Below are positions 23,731 to 28,590 of a stretch of 28,590 nt of DNA, one piece after another. The notes beneath the pieces are model-generated. The model did no database searches. It saw only the letters and a list, made by a program, of their open reading frames with translations, and was not told where the DNA came from. The stretch spans positions 1-28,590 of the IMG/VR virus record IMGVR_UViG_3300030116_004476, one strand, 5' to 3'. Position numbers and translations under genes: made by a program. How positions within the stretch are numbered: position 1 is the first letter of the stretch; each line of letters starts with the position of its first letter. Origin of the DNA: a virus. Taxonomy: Duplodnaviria > Caudoviricetes.

Positions 23731-26142
23731 ATGCAAATTTCTTACACAAGTAACAGTTCTTTTCCAGATCAGGTTGTACCAGCTGCAGAAAAAGCTACTT
23801 TAGAGTATGGGCTTGCCGTAGGTAGAGCTATCGAAAGTGAATGGTTTAGAAATTATAGAGGCGTGGTAAATGCACCTGGATATGCTGTTAATTTTAATGA
23901 GTTTCACAATTTAAGACTATATGCTAGAGGTGAACAGCCAGTTCAAAAATATAAAGATGAATTAGCTATAAATGGTGACTTAAGCTATTTAAATCTAGAT
24001 TGGAAACCAGTTCCTGTTATAGCTAAGTTTGTAGATATAGTCGTAAATGGAATATCTGGTAGAAACTACGAAATAAATGCTTTTGCTCAAGATCCAGTTT
24101 GTTCTAGACAGAGAACAGATTATGCTACAGGTTTAATGACAGATATTGTAGCTAAAGATTATTTAACAGAAGCTAAACAAATATTAAATGTAAATGCTTT
24201 TAATGCTGAAAATCCTGAAGCAGCTCCACAAGATAAAGAAGAGTTAGCTATACATTTGCAAATGGATTTTAAACAATCTGTTGAAGTAGCAGAAGAAGAA
24301 GCTATTAGTTATATATTAGATAGCAATAAATATGATTTAACTAGAAGAAGATTAGCGTATGATTTAACCGTTTTAGGTATTGCTGCTGTAAAAACTAGAT
24401 TTAATGAAGCCGAAGGTGTTACTGTAGATTATGTAGATCCTGCGGCAATGGTTTATTCTTATACTGATGATCCTAACTTTGAAGATTTATATTATGTTGG
24501 AGAAGTTAAATCTGTATCTCTACCAGATATTAAAAAACAATTTCCATATTTAACAGATGAAGAGTTAGAAACAATACAAAAGTACCCAGGTAATCCAGAA
24601 TATTTAAGAAACTGGAATGGCAGATACGACGATTTAACTGTACAAGTTCTGTATTTTGAATACAAAACTTACCATGATCAAGTATTTAAAATAAAGAAAA
24701 ATGCTTTTGGACTAGAAAAAGCTTTAGAAAAACCTGACACTTTTAATCCTCCTGACACTGAAAACTTTGAGGTAGTTACTAGATCTATAGAAGTATTATA
24801 TAGCGGTGCTAAAATATTAGGACATCCTATGATGTTAGAGTGGAAGTTAGCTAAAAATATGACTAGACCTACAGGTGACACTGTAAGAGTTAACATGAAT
24901 TATAATATATGTGCTCCAAGATTATATAAAGGTAGAATTAACTCTTTAGTAAAAAGAATAACTGGATTTGCTGATATGATTCAGTTAACACATTTGAAAA
25001 TACAGCAAGTATTATCAAGAACAGTTCCTGATGGTGTTTTCTTAGATATGGATGGTTTAGCCGAGGTTGATTTAGGTAATGGTACTAAATATAATCCCGC
25101 TGAAGCGTTAAACATGTATTTTCAAACTGGTAGTATTGTAGGTAGATCTTTAACTCAAGAAGGTGATCCTAATAGAGGTAAAGTTCCAATACAAGAATTA
25201 CAAACTGGATCTGGTGGTGGAAAAATAGGTACTTTAATACAGACTTATCAATATTATTTACAAATGATAAGAGATGTAACAGGACTTAACGAAGCTAGAG
25301 ATGGTAGTACGCCAGACAAAAACTCTTTGGTTGGCTTACAAAAGCTTGCTGCTGCTAATAGTAATACAGCAACTAGACATATACTACAAGCACAATTATT
25401 TTTAACTCTTAGAACTTGTGAAAATATATCACTAAGAGTAGCAGACGCTTTACAATACCCACTAACTAGACAAGCATTAGAAAATAGTATATCAGAATAT
25501 AACGTAGGAACATTAGATCAATTGTCTAAAATAAATATACATGACTTTGGTATATTCTTACAATTAGAGCCAGATGAAGAAGAAAAAGAACAGTTAGAAC
25601 AAAATATTCAAATAGCTTTAAAAACTAATTCTATAACATTAGAAGACGCAATAGATATTAGGCAAGTTAAGAATTTAGCATTAGCTAATCAAATGTTAAA
25701 ATATAGAAGAAAGAAAAAAGCACAAGCTGATCAAAAAGCTGCTCAAGCAAATATACAAGCTCAAGCTCAAGCTAATGCAGAAACTGCTGAGAAAGCAGCG
25801 TTAGCGGAAATGCAAAAACAACAAGCACTAGCGGAAACACAAGTTCAAATAGAACAAGCTAAATCTCAATTTAATATAAACAAAATTGAAAGAGAGTCTC
25901 AGATGAGAAAAGAAGAAATGGAATTGAAGTTTAGATACGATATGCAATTAGCTCAGCTTGACGTAGGTTTTAAAAGAGAAAGAGAAAAAATGATTGAAGA
26001 TCGTAAAGATCAAAGAACGAGAATATCAGGTACTCAACAAAGTGAAATGATTAGTCAGAGAAAAAATGATACACCTCCAACTAATTTTACTGAAACAGAA
26101 GATCCTGATGGAATAAACTTAAGTGCATTTAATATGCAATAA
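23731..26142 (+). CDS. Portal protein, 803 aa
   Basis: Position between terL and scaffold/MCP, size, IRDVTGLNEARDG motif, Q/A-rich C-terminal coiled coil as in podovirus-type portals. Confidence 0.8.
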   Translation: MQISYTSNSSFPDQVVPAAEKATLEYGLAVGRAIESEWFRNYRGVVNAPGYAVNFNEFHNLRLYARGEQPVQKYKDELAINGDLSYLNLDWKPVPVIAKFVDIVVNGISGRNYEINAFAQDPVCSRQRTDYATGLMTDIVAKDYLTEAKQILNVNAFNAENPEAAPQDKEELAIHLQMDFKQSVEVAEEEAISYILDSNKYDLTRRRLAYDLTVLGIAAVKTRFNEAEGVTVDYVDPAAMVYSYTDDPNFEDLYYVGEVKSVSLPDIKKQFPYLTDEELETIQKYPGNPEYLRNWNGRYDDLTVQVLYFEYKTYHDQVFKIKKNAFGLEKALEKPDTFNPPDTENFEVVTRSIEVLYSGAKILGHPMMLEWKLAKNMTRPTGDTVRVNMNYNICAPRLYKGRINSLVKRITGFADMIQLTHLKIQQVLSRTVPDGVFLDMDGLAEVDLGNGTKYNPAEALNMYFQTGSIVGRSLTQEGDPNRGKVPIQELQTGSGGGKIGTLIQTYQYYLQMIRDVTGLNEARDGSTPDKNSLVGLQKLAAANSNTATRHILQAQLFLTLRTCENISLRVADALQYPLTRQALENSISEYNVGTLDQLSKINIHDFGIFLQLEPDEEEKEQLEQNIQIALKTNSITLEDAIDIRQVKNLALANQMLKYRRKKKAQADQKAAQANIQAQAQANAETAEKAALAEMQKQQALAETQVQIEQAKSQFNINKIERESQMRKEEMELKFRYDMQLAQLDVGFKREREKMIEDRKDQRTRISGTQQSEMISQRKNDTPPTNFTETEDPDGINLSAFNMQ

Positions 26143-26168
26143 GTATTTTTTAACTATTATATTATATT

Positions 26169-27332
26169 ATGTCTAAAACAAAACAAGAACAAGAGGCGTT
26201 GTCTCTTAAAATTAAAAAACCTTCATTAAAAAGGGATAATGATCAAGTATATAAACTTGATTTAAATAAAAAACCAGAAGAAAAAGAAGAAGAAAATGCC
26301 GTTCCAGAGCAAAGCGCAGGAAGTATGGATGAGGATAAACAAGCCGCAGATGTGGAAAAAGTGGAGGAAAGAGCACCCGAACCAAGTGTTGAGCCGGTTG
26401 CCGAAACGAAAGAAGAAGAAATAAGTCCTTTAGAAGAAATTACTCCTGAAGAAGTAAAAAAAGAAGTTGTACAAGAAGTTGTACAAGAACGTAGTGAAGA
26501 AACACCTACTAAAAAACTTCCAGAAAACATAGAAGCTTTAGTAAATTTTATGGAAGAAACAGGTGGTACAATTGAAGACTACGCTAGATTAAATAGAGAT
26601 TATTCAGAGTATAATGAAAATGCTATACTTAACGAATACTATAAAAGAACTAAACCACATTTAAATCAAGAGGAAATTAACTTTATAATGGAAGATAATT
26701 TTCAAATTGATGAGGATGTGGATGATGAGCGAGAAATAAAGAAAAAGAAACTTGCTTACAAAGAAGAAATTGCTAAAGCCAGAAACTTTTTGGAAGAAAC
26801 AAAGAGTAAATACTACAAAGAAATCAAGATGAAATCTAGTGGTTTAACTCCTGATCAACAAAAAGCTATGGACTTTTTCAATAGATACAACAAAGAACAA
26901 GAAAAGGGAGCAAAGAATAGAGAAATATTTATTAATAATTCTAATAAGTTGTTTAACGAAGACTTCAAAGGTTTTGAATATTCAGTTGGCGAAAAAACAT
27001 TTAGATATAATATAAATAATCCTAGTGATATTGCTAAAAAACAATCAAGTATAAATAGTTTGTTTCAGAAGTTCTTGAACAAAGATGGTGCGATTGATGA
27101 TGCTAAAGGTTATCACAAAGCTTTATATACAGCACAAAATCCAGATAGAATCGCAACTCATTTTTATGAACAAGGAAAAGCAGATGCTATAAGAAACATG
27201 GCGTCTCAGTCAAAAAACATTGGCGAAGATGTTAGACCTCAAGCAAATGGTGATGTTTTCATAAATGGGTTACGAGTAAAAGCGATTAGTGGTGTAGATA
27301 GTTCTAAGTTGAAATTTAAAATAAAAAAATAA
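26169..27332 (+). CDS. Capsid scaffolding protein candidate, 387 aa
   Basis: Acidic disordered N-terminus, helical body, located immediately before the MCP. Confidence 0.65.
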   Translation: MSKTKQEQEALSLKIKKPSLKRDNDQVYKLDLNKKPEEKEEENAVPEQSAGSMDEDKQAADVEKVEERAPEPSVEPVAETKEEEISPLEEITPEEVKKEVVQEVVQERSEETPTKKLPENIEALVNFMEETGGTIEDYARLNRDYSEYNENAILNEYYKRTKPHLNQEEINFIMEDNFQIDEDVDDEREIKKKKLAYKEEIAKARNFLEETKSKYYKEIKMKSSGLTPDQQKAMDFFNRYNKEQEKGAKNREIFINNSNKLFNEDFKGFEYSVGEKTFRYNINNPSDIAKKQSSINSLFQKFLNKDGAIDDAKGYHKALYTAQNPDRIATHFYEQGKADAIRNMASQSKNIGEDVRPQANGDVFINGLRVKAISGVDSSKLKFKIKK

Positions 27333-27350
27333 CAACTAAAAACAATAATT

Positions 27351-28590
27351 ATGGCTTTTGCTAATAGCGGGTCTTTTCCCGCAAGTTTAGTTCCTGCTCA
27401 AACAAGGTTAGCTTTACATTCAAATTATTTAACATTTGATGGAGCTTCAGGTAGTTTTGCTCAGCAATATTTACCAGAGCTTTATGAAGCTGAGGTGGAA
27501 CGTTATGGAAACAGAACAATTGGTGGTTTCCTAAGAATGGTAGGCGCTGAGATGCCTATGACATCAGATCAAGTAATCTGGTCTGAACAAAATAGATTAC
27601 ACATTGCGTATAAGTCTTGTACTGTTGCTGCTCCAGGTGGATTAGCTGACGCTGATATTACTCTTACTATTGATTTATCTGTAGCACAACCTAATGTTGC
27701 TGCTGGTGATAGAAGAGGTGCTATTAGACAAGGACAAACAGTATTGATTTCTGATAACGCAACTGGATTAATTGTACAAAAAGGTTTAGTACAAGCAGTT
27801 TCTGGTAATACTCTTAATGTATTAAATGTTAAGTTTTATGGTACTGCTACTAACTCTTTACCTACTGCTGCTGGCGCTTGTAACGTATTTGTTTACGGTT
27901 CAGAGTTTGGTAAAGGTTCTATCGGTATGCAAGGTTCTATTCAGCCTGAATTTACTCAGTATGCTAACAGACCAATGATTCTTAAAGATAACTTTGAGAT
28001 TAATGGTTCTGATACTGCTCAAATTGGTTGGGTTGAAGTTGCTACAGAAGATGGACAATCAGGTTATTTATGGTATTTAAAGTCTGAGTCTGAAACAAGA
28101 TTAAGATTTGAAGATATGCTAGAAATGGCAATGGTTGAAGCAGAAAACATGTACAATGATGCCTATGACGAAGCTAACAATGCTGTACAATTCCAATATG
28201 GTGGAGCTGGAAACGCTGCGTTAAGTACTAATATTCAAGGTTCTGAAGGTTTATTTGCTGCTATCGAAGCAAGAGGTAATGTATACTCTGGTTTTGCTGG
28301 TGCTGCTGCTCCAGGTTCTGGCGCTTTAGCTGATTTTGATGAAATACTCAAAAACCTAGATAAGCAAGGTGCTATTGAAGAAAACATGTTATTCTTGTCT
28401 AGAGCTACTGCTCTTGATTTTGACGATATGATTGCTGCTGTTAATGGAGCTTATGCTTCTTCACAAGCTGCTTCTTATGGTTTATTTGAGAATGACGGTG
28501 ATATGGCATTAAACTTTGGATTTTCAGGATTTAGAAGAGGTTCTTATGACTTCTACAAAACTGACTGGAAATATTTAAATGACGCTTCAT
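27351..28590 (+). CDS. Major capsid protein, 3' truncated (MAFANSGSFPASLVP...QQYLPELYEAEVERYGNR...)
   Basis: Long frame from ATG 27351 apparently open to the window end (N-terminal part translated by hand); strong GCT/GGT/ACT codon bias; position after portal and scaffold. Confidence 0.85.
   Translation, partial: MAFANSGSFPASLVPAQTRLALHSNYLTFDGASGSFAQQYLPELYEAEVERYGNRTIGGFLRMVGAEMPMTSDQVIWSEQNRLHIAYKSCTVAAPGGLADADITLTIDLSVAQPNVAAGDRRGAIRQGQTVLISDNATGLIVQKGLVQAVSGNTLNVLNVKFYGTATNSLPTAAGACNVFVYGSEFGKGSIGMQGSIQPEFTQYANRPMILKDNFEINGSDTAQIGWVEVATEDGQSGYLWYLKSESETRLRFEDMLEMAMVEAENMYNDAYDEANNAVQFQYGGAGNAALSTNIQGSEGLFAAIEARGNVYSGFAGAAAPGSGALADFDEILKNLDKQGAIEENMLFLSRATALDFDDMIAAVNGAYASSQAASYGLFENDGDMALNFGFSGFRRGSYDFYKTDWKYLNDAS

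Noticed and set aside
26462-26489. 12-nt duplication (VVQEVVQE) in the scaffold gene
   Set aside because: Ordinary slippage in a disordered acidic region.
4232-26530. Numerous minus-strand ORFs antisense to structural genes (e.g. 4232, 6857, 11599, 17807, 20269, 26243)
   Set aside because: Shadow frames produced by codon bias of well-supported plus-strand genes.

Overview
AT-rich segment of a tailed dsDNA phage genome. The host is most likely a marine Bacteroidota/Flavobacteriia; this is inferred from the absence of Shine-Dalgarno motifs, the A-rich TTAAA leaders and the gene content. The window has two divergent blocks. (1) 1-3890, minus strand: a dense array of about 16 micro-ORFs, probably early/host-takeover genes. 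It is punctuated by six copies of a bipartite motif, ACAAACTAAWTACGA-N9-GATAATA, and by two tRNA-like RNAs that are not canonical tRNAs. One is a 77-nt element resembling an isolated tmRNA tRNA-like domain with a G3:U70 pair. The other is a 44-nt armless acceptor+T-arm minihelix preceded by a candidate pseudoknot ending in ACCA. (2) 4221-28590, plus strand: tail fibre/adhesin genes (an almost stand-alone S74 chaperone, a LamG-like adhesin), phage groEL-groES, a T7-lysozyme-type amidase and holin candidates, a run of very basic mini-proteins, an HExxH peptidase next to a protein with AKRYDGGM repeats, a head-spike-base-like protein, a second GroES-like protein, TerS candidate, TerL, portal, scaffold, and the 5' part of the major capsid gene. 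All assignments come from reading motifs by eye; no database search was run.
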